From a virus (lineage: Duplodnaviria > Caudoviricetes): DNA of 51,031 bases. The stretch spans positions 1 through 51,031 of IMG/VR virus record IMGVR_UViG_3300018070_000166; one strand, given 5' to 3'. Shown in pieces: positions 41,536 to 51,031 of this stretch (its first letter is position 1; every line of letters begins with the position of its first letter). Under the pieces are notes generated by a model, which was not told the DNA's origin, did not search any database, and saw nothing but the letters and a program-made list of their open reading frames with translations. The position numbers and the translations under genes are program-made.

Positions 41536-44500
41536 ATGGCGACCAACCATGGGGAAAACATCTCTACTTCTTACGAGGGTTTAGGGTATGCTTTTGATAA
41601 AGTCGTTTTTCAAGAGGGTAAACCTACATTAGATATTGAGCTCAATAACGCTCAGGAATTTCAGGAAATACTTACTAGGAAATCTACAGCTCATCTTCCA
41701 TCGGGTTGGTTAAGCTATCGACCAGTTTTTACTTCCAATGATCTTAATAATAGTTTTTATACTCAGGACCCTAACGGTGCCAAACCTGAAGTGGCTATGG
41801 TAAATGGATGGCCTATATATGTCACCAACACCAATACTCCTGTACGGCATGTCAATAGTGTTGTTTTTGATGATTCAATAAGATCTGGTGCCCGAGTAGA
41901 TGGTGTATTTCTTGAAGTTTGGAGAGCCATAGTTTCCCCTCAGGGAAATACTACAGAATCACTTGAGGGGGTCGCTAAGCCGCAACCTATATCAAAAGTA
42001 AGCACTCTTAATGGTATTTGGATGTACAATGAAAATATTGGTTGGTCCGTAGGAGAATCTGGGACTCTTCTTAAAACTATTGATAGTGGTGTAAACTGGG
42101 TATCTATTGAGACACCTGTTAATACTACTTTTAATAAGGTAAGTTTTTACGATCTCTATTTAGGGTATGCTGTTGGTAATGATGGAGTGATCCTTAAGAC
42201 ATTAGATGGTGGAGAAACTTGGTTTTCTCTTGAAACCCCTGTAGGGGATAATCTGGTGAATCTTTTTATTATAAATGATCAGAATATCTGTGTAGTGGGG
42301 GATAACGGGACTATTCTTCTTTCTATTGATGGTACAAATTTTGTACTCTCGGCACAGACCTCCAGTGTCACTGAAAATCTTAGCACAGTTTATTTCTATG
42401 ATGTTGCTGTGGGATGGGTTTCCGGAGATAAAGGTACTCTTCTAATGACAAAAGATGGTGGAAATATCTGGCAGAAATACAATATGATTAACGTGGCATT
42501 AGGGGCTACAATAACCTCAAATATCACTTCTATGTCATTTTTTAATTTGAATGATGGAGTAGCATCATCTGATGATGGGAGAATCTTCCGTACTTCAGAT
42601 AGTGGTTTTTCATGGTCTGAGATGTCAGATAGAATATGGTATAATGGAACATATAAGACTATCTCTGATATATTTCCAGATAGGGTTAATAGATTAAACA
42701 AAGTATACATTAAGCGGGAGTTTGCTATAAAGTTTACTATCGCAGTATACCCAAGTTCCAGAAATTACTTTAAGAATCTTATATATAAGATTTCTCCAAA
42801 TACATACCCTAATTCCCTTGTTCTGGAATATTCCGGAGTACAGGATAATATCAACTACATCAATGTTCTTGATCTTGATCTGTATGCTGATTCAGAAGAA
42901 CTTAAAAATGCAATCAATCAAATACTCAGCCCTTATAAATTATCTGATGCACCTCTTCCAGATAGTGGACGTGAAAAGGTGAGGGTTTTTGAATCGACAA
43001 TTGATTATGAACCTTTTGGTCATCCTTCTGATTTCAGACCTTCTTATGGAAGTTTTTCTAGCATTACCCCTGCTCAGATATCTTTTTCTGTTGAAGATAA
43101 AGTATGGATCGTAGGTGATTATGGTATCGTTTTGTATAGTAGTAATAGTGGGGCTAAATGGGAGTTGCTTGATTTAGGTATAGGATCTGATCTCAGAGAT
43201 GCTTTTTTACTTGATAATAATAATGGTTGGTTCTGTGGATCAGATGGTTTTATCTCAGCCTATTCAAATGGATCTATTGTAGTCCAGAATACTGATCTAT
43301 CAACAAAGTCTATAGGAAGAATATATCCAGAAGGTAATGTACTTTCTGGAGCTGAAGAATATCTTCCAGATAATATTATAGATCCACAAGTTGGTACTGA
43401 AACTACCAAACGAGTTCAAATCCAATATAGGATAAGAATAGTCGAGGGAGTCGATCCCTATATCTATACCGAAGCTGGTATTGGTCATGATTTTGTATAT
43501 AGTCTTGGTCCTAATCTTAATTCTAATGATGCAGGTAGCTATACTTTTGATAATATGGGTGAAGAGAATGGGGATTATGGATTATGGCGTTCAAGATGCC
43601 GTAGCACATATGACGGATATAGCTGGGCTATCCCTATGTTTTTTGTTACCAGAAGAAATTCAGCGGCATTTAACGTAGATAGCAATATAAATGGCTCTAC
43701 AGATTTTAATATCGGAGCAATAAGACCTGACGGATTGACATACAACCATATCATATCTGATGATGTTGTTGATATCCGCAGACAGATAAGTATTCAGTCA
43801 TATAGCTATTTCTTGGAAAAGAATCTTGAGAAGCTCTTATCTAATACACTCAATACTAATTTGAGTGATAAGGATCAGCAGGGTCTTCAATATGGTACTT
43901 CCATGATGATGGTAGACACATACACAGGTATCACTGATAATCAGAATTTGGTAAGAGGAGGAGTGTCCTCGGCATCCATTATTGTGGCAGATCAAAAAAT
44001 TATTGATCCAAATATCCAGATAACTACCGCAGAATTAACATTTGGTCCTATCGATATAGGTCTGTATCATAATGATCCCTCCTATTATTCAGCGTATATA
44101 AGCCGAGATAGTATTCTTACTAATGAACCAGTTGGTGGGATCTTCGAGGGATTTGGTACCAATAAGGTTATTTTTCATATTGAAGATAACTTTGCTCCTG
44201 CTGGTGGTGATCTTGAAGGAGTGACTTATGTCATCACAGCGAATTACATGGATTATTCTAAAATAGGCTTAAGTAGAGTCCCTCAAAATCCCATTGCAGT
44301 AAAATATAGATCGGTGTCAAGTAATCCAAATACCTCAATATACTTTAATGGTATAAACTCAAGAATACCTAAAAAAGTTCTGGAAGAGCTGCCAGAGAAT
44401 ATCCCAGGATACCATGACTATACTGAGCTTTATTCAGCAAAAGTTATTCAGAATAATTTTGATGACCAAACTCTTTATGAACTGGTAGGACATGATGCCC

Positions 44501-45942
44501 ACAATGATCAGGATTATTTGAGAGGCTTTAAGAAATTTAAAGGTCAGCAGTATAAAGGCTCTTTGGTGATTTATCATTATTATTTGAAAACTACTGTTGT
44601 GACAAGTATCCTACGTATCCCTAAGAATATAAATGGGTATGCAGTTTATGGCGTACAGTCCATTAAAAATGTAAATGGCTCGATATATAAGGTAGGTATT
44701 GATTATCAGAATAATCTGACCATGAGAGATCGGGAAGATTCAGATACAAGCAATATTCTCATATATCTTGATCCTGCTTTTACTATTCCCGGAGATTCTA
44801 TCATAGAGGTTACTCTGGAAGCGATTGTTACTGGTGACGCAGTTGGGGGAACAAATCCTAATGTAGGTATTACAGTAAAAGCTACAGGTGAAAATCAGGA
44901 CGCTCTTAGAACTTCTTTTTCAGCAAATTTCAATATTGCTTCCAGAGCAGTTTCTGGGATGCATGTAGGAGTCCTTTATCAAGTTGGGTCTGTTAATGGC
45001 TCAAATGTCACTATATCTATAGCTGATGGTCCCGGCGTACCCAATGGTTTAGTTAATGGTTCAATATTAGGTATAAGTTCTTGTGATGCCCGTGATAATC
45101 CTATGCAACAATATGCATGGTATAAACCTTCTACAGGTGTTGACTATTATTCAATGATACCCATCGCCAGTGTTACAGGGTTAGGTACCTCTACTATTGT
45201 GGTAACCTTTGACGATAGAAAGACAGCTACCTCTGGTACTATCTTGATACCCATTTTAGTTAAACTGGATACTCTACCGGGTATCACTAATACTCCGGTT
45301 TCATCTGTTTTCTATAAGTATGTTCCCTACCAGTCTATTGCCAATTTACCAAGCGAGATGACAGTAGAGATTATTAAGAATTCAGATTTTGTTTATATAA
45401 CAAATTTGGGGACAGGGTCAAGTGATCTTATATCAGGTGAACCTTACGCTGTGCCCGCTGAGCATATCCCTGTTAATTCAGATGAGGTATTTAATGATAA
45501 TTTCTTTTCGAATGTAGATGACCTTGATTTTTCTAATTTCAGGATCGACACAGGTTTTGTGAAATTATCAGCGATAGTTTCTCAATACGTAGGAGAAGAT
45601 CTTACTTTTTCTCAGCCCAATAATGTCGGGGATAAACTTGGTAGACCTTTTTATAAAGAGTGCTCTTCTAATATTATATCTCATTGTGAGGATCTTACAA
45701 TTTCGACACCAAGAAAAGTTTTTATACCTTTTTTGGCTCGGGTAAGATCTAAAATGACGTACCCTTTCTTAAGAGGAGAACTTGTACTTGTTATATTCAG
45801 TAAGACCTATAGAGCTAGGAGTGAAAATAAGACTGGATTTTATGAGGATACTGGTACAGAATATCTTCCAGGGTATGTAGAAAATGCTGATACATCCATA
45901 GCGATGTACAGATTAATTAATAAGCCTCTTGTTCGGAAATAA
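41536..45942 (+). CDS. Baseplate/tail-fibre protein with an inserted Ycf48/BNR-type beta-propeller
   Basis: VVFQEGKPTLDIELNNAQ, VFLEVWR and ETTKRVQIQYRIR frame repeated G[WY]xVGxxGxxLxTxDxGxxW blades. Confidence 0.75.
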   Translation: MATNHGENISTSYEGLGYAFDKVVFQEGKPTLDIELNNAQEFQEILTRKSTAHLPSGWLSYRPVFTSNDLNNSFYTQDPNGAKPEVAMVNGWPIYVTNTNTPVRHVNSVVFDDSIRSGARVDGVFLEVWRAIVSPQGNTTESLEGVAKPQPISKVSTLNGIWMYNENIGWSVGESGTLLKTIDSGVNWVSIETPVNTTFNKVSFYDLYLGYAVGNDGVILKTLDGGETWFSLETPVGDNLVNLFIINDQNICVVGDNGTILLSIDGTNFVLSAQTSSVTENLSTVYFYDVAVGWVSGDKGTLLMTKDGGNIWQKYNMINVALGATITSNITSMSFFNLNDGVASSDDGRIFRTSDSGFSWSEMSDRIWYNGTYKTISDIFPDRVNRLNKVYIKREFAIKFTIAVYPSSRNYFKNLIYKISPNTYPNSLVLEYSGVQDNINYINVLDLDLYADSEELKNAINQILSPYKLSDAPLPDSGREKVRVFESTIDYEPFGHPSDFRPSYGSFSSITPAQISFSVEDKVWIVGDYGIVLYSSNSGAKWELLDLGIGSDLRDAFLLDNNNGWFCGSDGFISAYSNGSIVVQNTDLSTKSIGRIYPEGNVLSGAEEYLPDNIIDPQVGTETTKRVQIQYRIRIVEGVDPYIYTEAGIGHDFVYSLGPNLNSNDAGSYTFDNMGEENGDYGLWRSRCRSTYDGYSWAIPMFFVTRRNSAAFNVDSNINGSTDFNIGAIRPDGLTYNHIISDDVVDIRRQISIQSYSYFLEKNLEKLLSNTLNTNLSDKDQQGLQYGTSMMMVDTYTGITDNQNLVRGGVSSASIIVADQKIIDPNIQITTAELTFGPIDIGLYHNDPSYYSAYISRDSILTNEPVGGIFEGFGTNKVIFHIEDNFAPAGGDLEGVTYVITANYMDYSKIGLSRVPQNPIAVKYRSVSSNPNTSIYFNGINSRIPKKVLEELPENIPGYHDYTELYSAKVIQNNFDDQTLYELVGHDAHNDQDYLRGFKKFKGQQYKGSLVIYHYYLKTTVVTSILRIPKNINGYAVYGVQSIKNVNGSIYKVGIDYQNNLTMRDREDSDTSNILIYLDPAFTIPGDSIIEVTLEAIVTGDAVGGTNPNVGITVKATGENQDALRTSFSANFNIASRAVSGMHVGVLYQVGSVNGSNVTISIADGPGVPNGLVNGSILGISSCDARDNPMQQYAWYKPSTGVDYYSMIPIASVTGLGTSTIVVTFDDRKTATSGTILIPILVKLDTLPGITNTPVSSVFYKYVPYQSIANLPSEMTVEIIKNSDFVYITNLGTGSSDLISGEPYAVPAEHIPVNSDEVFNDNFFSNVDDLDFSNFRIDTGFVKLSAIVSQYVGEDLTFSQPNNVGDKLGRPFYKECSSNIISHCEDLTISTPRKVFIPFLARVRSKMTYPFLRGELVLVIFSKTYRARSENKTGFYEDTGTEYLPGYVENADTSIAMYRLINKPLVRK

Positions 45943-45948
45943 AATTTT

Positions 45949-47058
45949 ATGGATAATGCAAATAACATATTTGAGCGGAAGAATCCTGATGGTTCTATAG
46001 ACTATATTGTTAATATAGGAAATGTCTTATATAACAATAAGATAGTATCCCTATCAAACATCATCTTACCCTTAAGACAACGATCTTTTTTTTCTCTTCC
46101 GAGTGAAAAAAGATATTATGCTGCTATAAATATCTATTACTCTGTAGATCTTGGTGAATTTATCTTTGATACTATTAAAAAATCTGTGTCATATATAGAT
46201 TCTTGTGATAGTAATACTTTAACTAATGCTCTACCTATTGGTCAACTTATAATTCAGCAATCCTTATCCAATTTTGAGGTAAGGAAAATAAATCTTTATT
46301 CAAAAATGTCTACTTTTGCAATAACCTCTGAATTTATACAGGGGGATCGTGGGGCTCAAGGTGAAGTAGGTGCCACAGGTATCCACGGTTATACAGGTTT
46401 TCAAGGGGATACAGGAGTAGAGGGCGTAATTGGGTATACAGGTATCCAAGGTGATACTTGTATAGGTATGGTGGGGCACACAGGATTACAGGGTGATACG
46501 GGAGTATATTGTGACTTAGACCTTCAGCTATATCTTAAATTCAAAACAGCTGATATCAATTTAATAGACTATTCTTCTTATGAAAGAGATTTTTTATGGG
46601 GGGCATCTGGGGCAGGTTTGACAGGAATAGTATTTGACTTCGAAACTGGGGCAGGCACTTCTATAGAAATAATTGATCAAGGTCAATCATCGCTTACCCT
46701 TGAAGATGGCATAGTAGATAATTGTCATAGTGCTATATATAATGGAGGGATGTCAGGTTATCGTAATAATAAATATATAGGATTTACTGGGACTGTACAA
46801 GCATGGGTAAATGTTAATCAAATCCCAATAGCAGATTTTATTTATGAATTGTATACTGGTATAGTTGGGTATCCTGTAAGATTCATAGATGCTTCGATGT
46901 ATTCTCCGAAGACACTCACATGGGATATTGAAGGATCATTATATAATTCTGGGATAATAACTCATTCTTTTGGGACTACAGGAATTCATGTGGTTAAATT
47001 GACAGCTAAAAATTGGGCTGGATCACATACAAAATCTGAACAAATAACGATAGCATAA
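45949..47058 (+). CDS. Fibre-associated protein: collagen-like stalk, N-terminal part of a LamG-like domain, PKD domain
   Basis: Gly-X-Y run, then LQLYLKF...GTVQAWVN, then PIADF...FIDAS...TWD...HSFGTTGIHVVKLTA. Confidence 0.7.
   Translation: MDNANNIFERKNPDGSIDYIVNIGNVLYNNKIVSLSNIILPLRQRSFFSLPSEKRYYAAINIYYSVDLGEFIFDTIKKSVSYIDSCDSNTLTNALPIGQLIIQQSLSNFEVRKINLYSKMSTFAITSEFIQGDRGAQGEVGATGIHGYTGFQGDTGVEGVIGYTGIQGDTCIGMVGHTGLQGDTGVYCDLDLQLYLKFKTADINLIDYSSYERDFLWGASGAGLTGIVFDFETGAGTSIEIIDQGQSSLTLEDGIVDNCHSAIYNGGMSGYRNNKYIGFTGTVQAWVNVNQIPIADFIYELYTGIVGYPVRFIDASMYSPKTLTWDIEGSLYNSGIITHSFGTTGIHVVKLTAKNWAGSHTKSEQITIA
46342..46503 (+). repeat. Collagen-like Gly-X-Y repeat with one interruption
   Basis: GDRGAQGEVGATGIHGYTGFQGDTGVEGVIGYTGIQGDT-CI-GMVGHTGLQGDTG. 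Confidence 0.85.
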
Positions 47059-47063
47059 ATATT

Positions 47064-47720
47064 ATGATACAACCGGATATAATTGCAACGTACAGGACAG
47101 GATCAGGGTATCTTACTACTACTTTTAGTGACCCTACTGATATGACTATTATTCATAGAAAATGGATATTTGGTGATGGAGTTATAATTGAAGGAGATGG
47201 TTTTCAAACTATAAATCATACATACTACTATCCAGGTGAGTATACCGTAATTTTAATTGCCCAAACAAGTACTGATGACTATTCTATAACTAAAAGTGGC
47301 TTTATTATCGTCGATGTATATATCCCTATTCCTGACTTCATCATAGCACAATCTTTTGACAGAGATTCAGGTTGTTATTGGCGACTGTACTTCGATCAGA
47401 ATTTTCATATGGTATTTGAAGATAATAGTATTATCTTTAGATCCAAAGATAATATAGTTGAACCTGGTAAATGGGCATTTGTTGGGTTTAATCGCAATAC
47501 GGGAAAAATGTACACAGGAAATTTTTCTTATTATTTAAAAGAAATTGAAGTTATAAGATTTGAAAATAGCAGCCCTATAACTTTTTCCAACACATGGACG
47601 GATATATTACCTAATAGTACCATGAAGATGGATGAACTAAGGATCTGGGATGTTAGTAAAGATATAGCCCCCTATTATGCTGAGGGTAGAGGTAGAGCTG
47701 GGTATCTTGATACCTTGTAA
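47064..47720 (+). CDS. PKD domain plus C-terminal part of a LamG-like domain
   Basis: KWIFGDG...HTYYYPGEYTVIL, then WRLYF, GKWAFVGF and MDELRIWD. Confidence 0.7.
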   Translation: MIQPDIIATYRTGSGYLTTTFSDPTDMTIIHRKWIFGDGVIIEGDGFQTINHTYYYPGEYTVILIAQTSTDDYSITKSGFIIVDVYIPIPDFIIAQSFDRDSGCYWRLYFDQNFHMVFEDNSIIFRSKDNIVEPGKWAFVGFNRNTGKMYTGNFSYYLKEIEVIRFENSSPITFSNTWTDILPNSTMKMDELRIWDVSKDIAPYYAEGRGRAGYLDTL

Positions 47721-47793
47721 AGAATATTAAACTGGAGACTCTTTATGAAGCTATGTTTAATTTTTCATAACTTTGAAAGAACGGTCATAAGAC

Positions 47794-48150
47794 ATGAGTA
47801 CTGTTGATTTCATAGGTTCTCCAAGAAAAGGTACAATATCATTAACTGTGCATTTTACTGATAAATCCCTGGGGCCTATTGAAAGTTGGCTATGGGACTT
47901 TGGGGATGGGCACTTTTCCTCAGAAAGAAATCCAACATATTATTATTCTCATCCAGGTATATATACAGTATCCTTAACTGTATCGAACATAGGTAACCAA
48001 GATACAAAGACTATGGATAGTTATATACAAGTCCTTAGTAGCGCTACATATGATATAGCTCCAGGGTTGCAGCAAAAAGCATATTTATGGGGTACAGGTA
48101 TTGTTAATAAAAGGAATGTAGGAATAGAGATAAAAAAAGTGACAAGATAA
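47794..48150 (+). CDS. Single PKD-domain protein
   Basis: VHFTDKS...SWLWDFGDG...NPTYYYSHPGIYTVSLTV. Confidence 0.85.
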   Translation: MSTVDFIGSPRKGTISLTVHFTDKSLGPIESWLWDFGDGHFSSERNPTYYYSHPGIYTVSLTVSNIGNQDTKTMDSYIQVLSSATYDIAPGLQQKAYLWGTGIVNKRNVGIEIKKVTR

Positions 48151-48177
48151 AAAATTTAAGATTGGTGTAATTTTTTA

Positions 48178-50097
48178 ATGGCATACTATATAAAAGACAC
48201 GGGGACGGAAACTTTCCCTTATGATACTGAAGAAAAAGCTGCATTATCCCTCAATAGGCTGGTAAAACAACTACAAGGCTATGAGCTAACATCTATTAAT
48301 ACAGTAGTTACAAATACTAATTATGATGTAACCTTTAATTCTGCAAGAATACCTCCTTTCCCTGTCTTAGATCAAGCTGTAGCAATAAGCTGCACAATCA
48401 CACAAAAGAATTTAACAACTTATGAATTTTCCCCTGGGTTCTATCTTGCTACACCAGGTACAGTGTTTGGTTATACAAGTTTTCATTTAGGTAGTTATTC
48501 GTTTGTAATTACATCATCAGCAGATTTATTACCCGGTAATCCTGTAATCCCATATACCTGTCAGATAATTAAAGGGGCTTCGGAAATTGCCACATTTCCA
48601 AAGTTTACATCTGGTGTAAGTCGATTATACACTTTTTTAGTCAAGGCAACAACAATTGAATTCTATGTAGATGATGTCTTATACGCTACAGATTCCCATA
48701 GTCTTACAAATTGGACAGGATTATTCGCATTAGGAGACCCGCCTAGGATTGCTATATATGAGACAAATCCAACTCCTGATGGTACTATAATTGTAAGTGA
48801 AGAGGTAGGCTCTTTAGGGAGAAAATATAATACTGATTTTATTACCACAGATGTGATAGGTATAGCTTCAACTATCGTAGAACCTATTGTAAGTGGTAGT
48901 GATAGGGTACCCAATGGTATTCTTTTTAACGGGGCTATTATAAATAGCTATGGTTCCCAGAAAACATGGAGTCTTCAATCTGAATCTTTTACAGGGTTAT
49001 CTCCTCAGAATTTAGATATAGAAGGACTTAATCAGACTGCATATCAATCCTTTATAAATCCTCTAAAAGATATTTATGATAATATACTCAGAAATTTTTC
49101 AGATCCAATTTATATAGATGCAGGTTGTACAGAAGCTATTGAAATAAGAAATAACTTATTTACAGGTAGTACAGATACATCAAGTATCACTGTATCTGGT
49201 GCAACTGTTCTAATCAATGTTTATAAAAATACATTTGATGGGGCGATGTATCTTTTAATAGACAACTGCCCCGGATTTGTTAAGTTATTTAATAATGTTT
49301 TTATGAATAATTCTCTGTCATATACTTGCATGGATATTGAATATTATTCTGAGATAATGAACGTAAATGTCATTAATAATACTTTTTATAATATCGGTGT
49401 TGATACGATTGCAGTTTATGTTTATGCTGATGATTCAAGCGGTTATATTGAGTCATTTTTAATTTTCAATAATATCATTGATTCAGGATTAGGATTCTAT
49501 CTTGATCTATATATTGAGAATCCAGGCAATATACATACATTTATTCATAGTAATAATAATTCATCGGGATATAACTACTCGAATAATGGGGATCCAATAG
49601 CACTTGATCCAACAGAAATAACAGCTGACCCACAGTTCGGAGGATTACCCCCTTACCCACTAAGACTCCTAAATACCTCCCCCTCTTATGCGACAGGGTT
49701 AGTTAATGCGAATACCCCTATTGATGATTTCATAGATGTTCTAAGAAAATCTCCCCCGGATATGGGAGCTTATGAGACAGAATCATTAACTCCAATAGTA
49801 GCAGATTTTTATGCTGATGCAGTGGAGGTATTAGTTAACACTCCAATTAAATTTTTTGATACATCTATAGGGTCTCCTATAGATTGGAGCTGGTTTTTTG
49901 GAGATAATTCATCTATTTTACATATACAAAATCCTGTACACAGTTATGCAAGTCCCGGGTATTATTCTGTTATATTGACGGCATATAATGTCTCTACACA
50001 AGGTACTAAGTTTAAAGAATATTATATTAAGGTAACTCTGGAGCAATCTGGTACTGGTTTTGTAAGAGAACAGGGACCAACATTAATTTTTGACTAA
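48178..50097 (+). CDS. Parallel beta-helix protein with choice-of-anchor-Q-like segment and C-terminal PKD
   Basis: Periodic IRNNLF, YKNTF, FNNVF, INNTF and FNNII; DPQF...LRLLNTSP...PDMGAYE; WSWFFGD...HSYASPGYYSVIL. Confidence 0.75.
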   Translation: MAYYIKDTGTETFPYDTEEKAALSLNRLVKQLQGYELTSINTVVTNTNYDVTFNSARIPPFPVLDQAVAISCTITQKNLTTYEFSPGFYLATPGTVFGYTSFHLGSYSFVITSSADLLPGNPVIPYTCQIIKGASEIATFPKFTSGVSRLYTFLVKATTIEFYVDDVLYATDSHSLTNWTGLFALGDPPRIAIYETNPTPDGTIIVSEEVGSLGRKYNTDFITTDVIGIASTIVEPIVSGSDRVPNGILFNGAIINSYGSQKTWSLQSESFTGLSPQNLDIEGLNQTAYQSFINPLKDIYDNILRNFSDPIYIDAGCTEAIEIRNNLFTGSTDTSSITVSGATVLINVYKNTFDGAMYLLIDNCPGFVKLFNNVFMNNSLSYTCMDIEYYSEIMNVNVINNTFYNIGVDTIAVYVYADDSSGYIESFLIFNNIIDSGLGFYLDLYIENPGNIHTFIHSNNNSSGYNYSNNGDPIALDPTEITADPQFGGLPPYPLRLLNTSPSYATGLVNANTPIDDFIDVLRKSPPDMGAYETESLTPIVADFYADAVEVLVNTPIKFFDTSIGSPIDWSWFFGDNSSILHIQNPVHSYASPGYYSVILTAYNVSTQGTKFKEYYIKVTLEQSGTGFVREQGPTLIFD

Positions 50098-50147
50098 AGA
50101 ATATTCATAGGGCACTTTTATGGGTAATAAGAACGGACGGGTAAAAG

Positions 50148-50474
50148 ATGGCTTTAGTTGCAGATTTTTCAGCTACACCTATTGAAGGGCTTACTCCTTT
50201 AATTGTAAATTTTATAGATCTTTCTTTAGTAGGGCCTATATCCTGGGATTGGGATTTTGGAGATGGGTCTCTTCATTCTATATTACAAAATCCATCCCAC
50301 ACATATACAGCTCCTGGTAGTTATCCGGTAACCCTAATAGTCTCTGATGGGATAGATACCGAAACATTACTGAGGAACGAGTATATTAAGGTATACAATA
50401 CCCATGAGACCTTAGTGCCATCAACCGGCGGGGGATTTACCAGGCACCAGGGTCCTTCTTTGATTTTTGATTAA
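50148..50474 (+). CDS. Single PKD-domain protein with conserved C-terminal tag
   Basis: ADFSATP...SWDWDFGDG...[16 protein letters not shown]; ends [15 protein letters not shown]. Confidence 0.85.
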   Translation: MALVADFSATPIEGLTPLIVNFIDLSLVGPISWDWDFGDGSLHSILQNPSHTYTAPGSYPVTLIVSDGIDTETLLRNEYIKVYNTHETLVPSTGGGFTRHQGPSLIFD

Positions 50475-50556
50475 TTATCATTTAATAAAATAATCTATAG
50501 ATATTAAACTATAGAGCTTATAATAAACAAAAATTTAGTGTTTTGGTACAATATCT

Positions 50557-51031
50557 ATGACATACCTACCCTCTACAACTCAAAAGATCACTTTTGATAC
50601 GGATAACAGGAGACCTGATAGTCATCCTAGCGTTGTAGTCGGACCTACTGGGCAGCAAATGATTTTTTACACAAAATATCTAACTACAGGAAAAGATTCA
50701 TTTTCTCGTATAACATTTACTGCCCCCTCTTTCACGGTAAATATTGAAGCAGGTTCAGGGATTATTAACGGGTCTTCTGTGACGTGGGGAGCTGGTACAT
50801 TAACCGCCACGCCTAATACATATCAGATAGTCTATTCAAATAATACGGGTTCATTACATATTACTAATATTTTGACTATGGCTGAGGCTGCTGCTGTTAT
50901 TATACTAGCTTATGTACAAACGGGTAACTCCTCTATCACAAGAATTGAAGAAGTTGAACATACAGGATATTATATCTATTTAAGAAAACAGATATTATCA
51001 GGACCTAACTGGATATGGGATGATTATGAAT
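50557..51031 (+). CDS. Partial ORF running off the window end, probably a structural protein (absent from the ORF track)
   Basis: From ATG 50557 the frame stays open to the end: MTYLPSTTQKITFDTDNRRPDSHPSVVVGPTGQQMIFY...NWIWDDYE. Confidence 0.75.
   Translation, partial: MTYLPSTTQKITFDTDNRRPDSHPSVVVGPTGQQMIFYTKYLTTGKDSFSRITFTAPSFTVNIEAGSGIINGSSVTWGAGTLTATPNTYQIVYSNNTGSLHITNILTMAEAAAVIILAYVQTGNSSITRIEEVEHTGYYIYLRKQILSGPNWIWDDYE

Noticed and set aside
4978-45942. Extracellular contractile injection system or T6SS
   Set aside because: A long tape measure and chaperone-position genes are present, while no Afp15-type AAA ATPase, membrane complex or toxin cargo was recognised. Phage tail is favoured, though head genes are outside the window.
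447-48914. Minus-strand and nested short ORFs in the track (e.g. 530..916, 8040..8465, 22602..23024, 23255..23677)
   Set aside because: They are antisense shadows of long + strand genes, with no motifs or RBS support.
1-51031. Alternative genetic code (stop-codon reassignment)
   Set aside because: Very long ORFs are intact under code 11, and TAA, TAG and TGA all end genes at tight junctions.

Overview
AT-rich, densely coding window with all credible genes on the + strand. It reads as the tail and baseplate module of a large (jumbo-type) contractile-tailed phage or provirus. Gene order: acidic Zn-ribbon protein, coiled-coil protein, actin-fold ATPase resembling the volactin family, tail completion protein, FmdB-like Zn ribbon, 974-aa sheath, an unknown protein, tube, two chaperone-position genes, tape measure, two tube-initiator paralogues (one fused to an M23 peptidase), hub, spike, a 3402-aa modular protein, gp25-like and baseplate-J wedge proteins, a beta-propeller fibre protein, and a collagen/LamG/PKD/beta-helix cluster. 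An intact IS200/IS605-type IscB element with omega RNA (about 10391-11903) sits exactly between the two chaperone-position genes; removing it restores a TAA-T-ATG junction. Best leads: the IscB whose guide is the phage's own tail-gene junction, the phage-borne volactin-like actin operon, a LamG domain apparently split over two PKD-bearing genes, a shared C-terminal tag on PKD proteins, a recurring intergenic motif, and a possible -1 frameshift ending the giant ORF. No capsid, terminase, tRNA or CRISPR array is visible. All family calls come from motif recognition and gene order; no searches were run.
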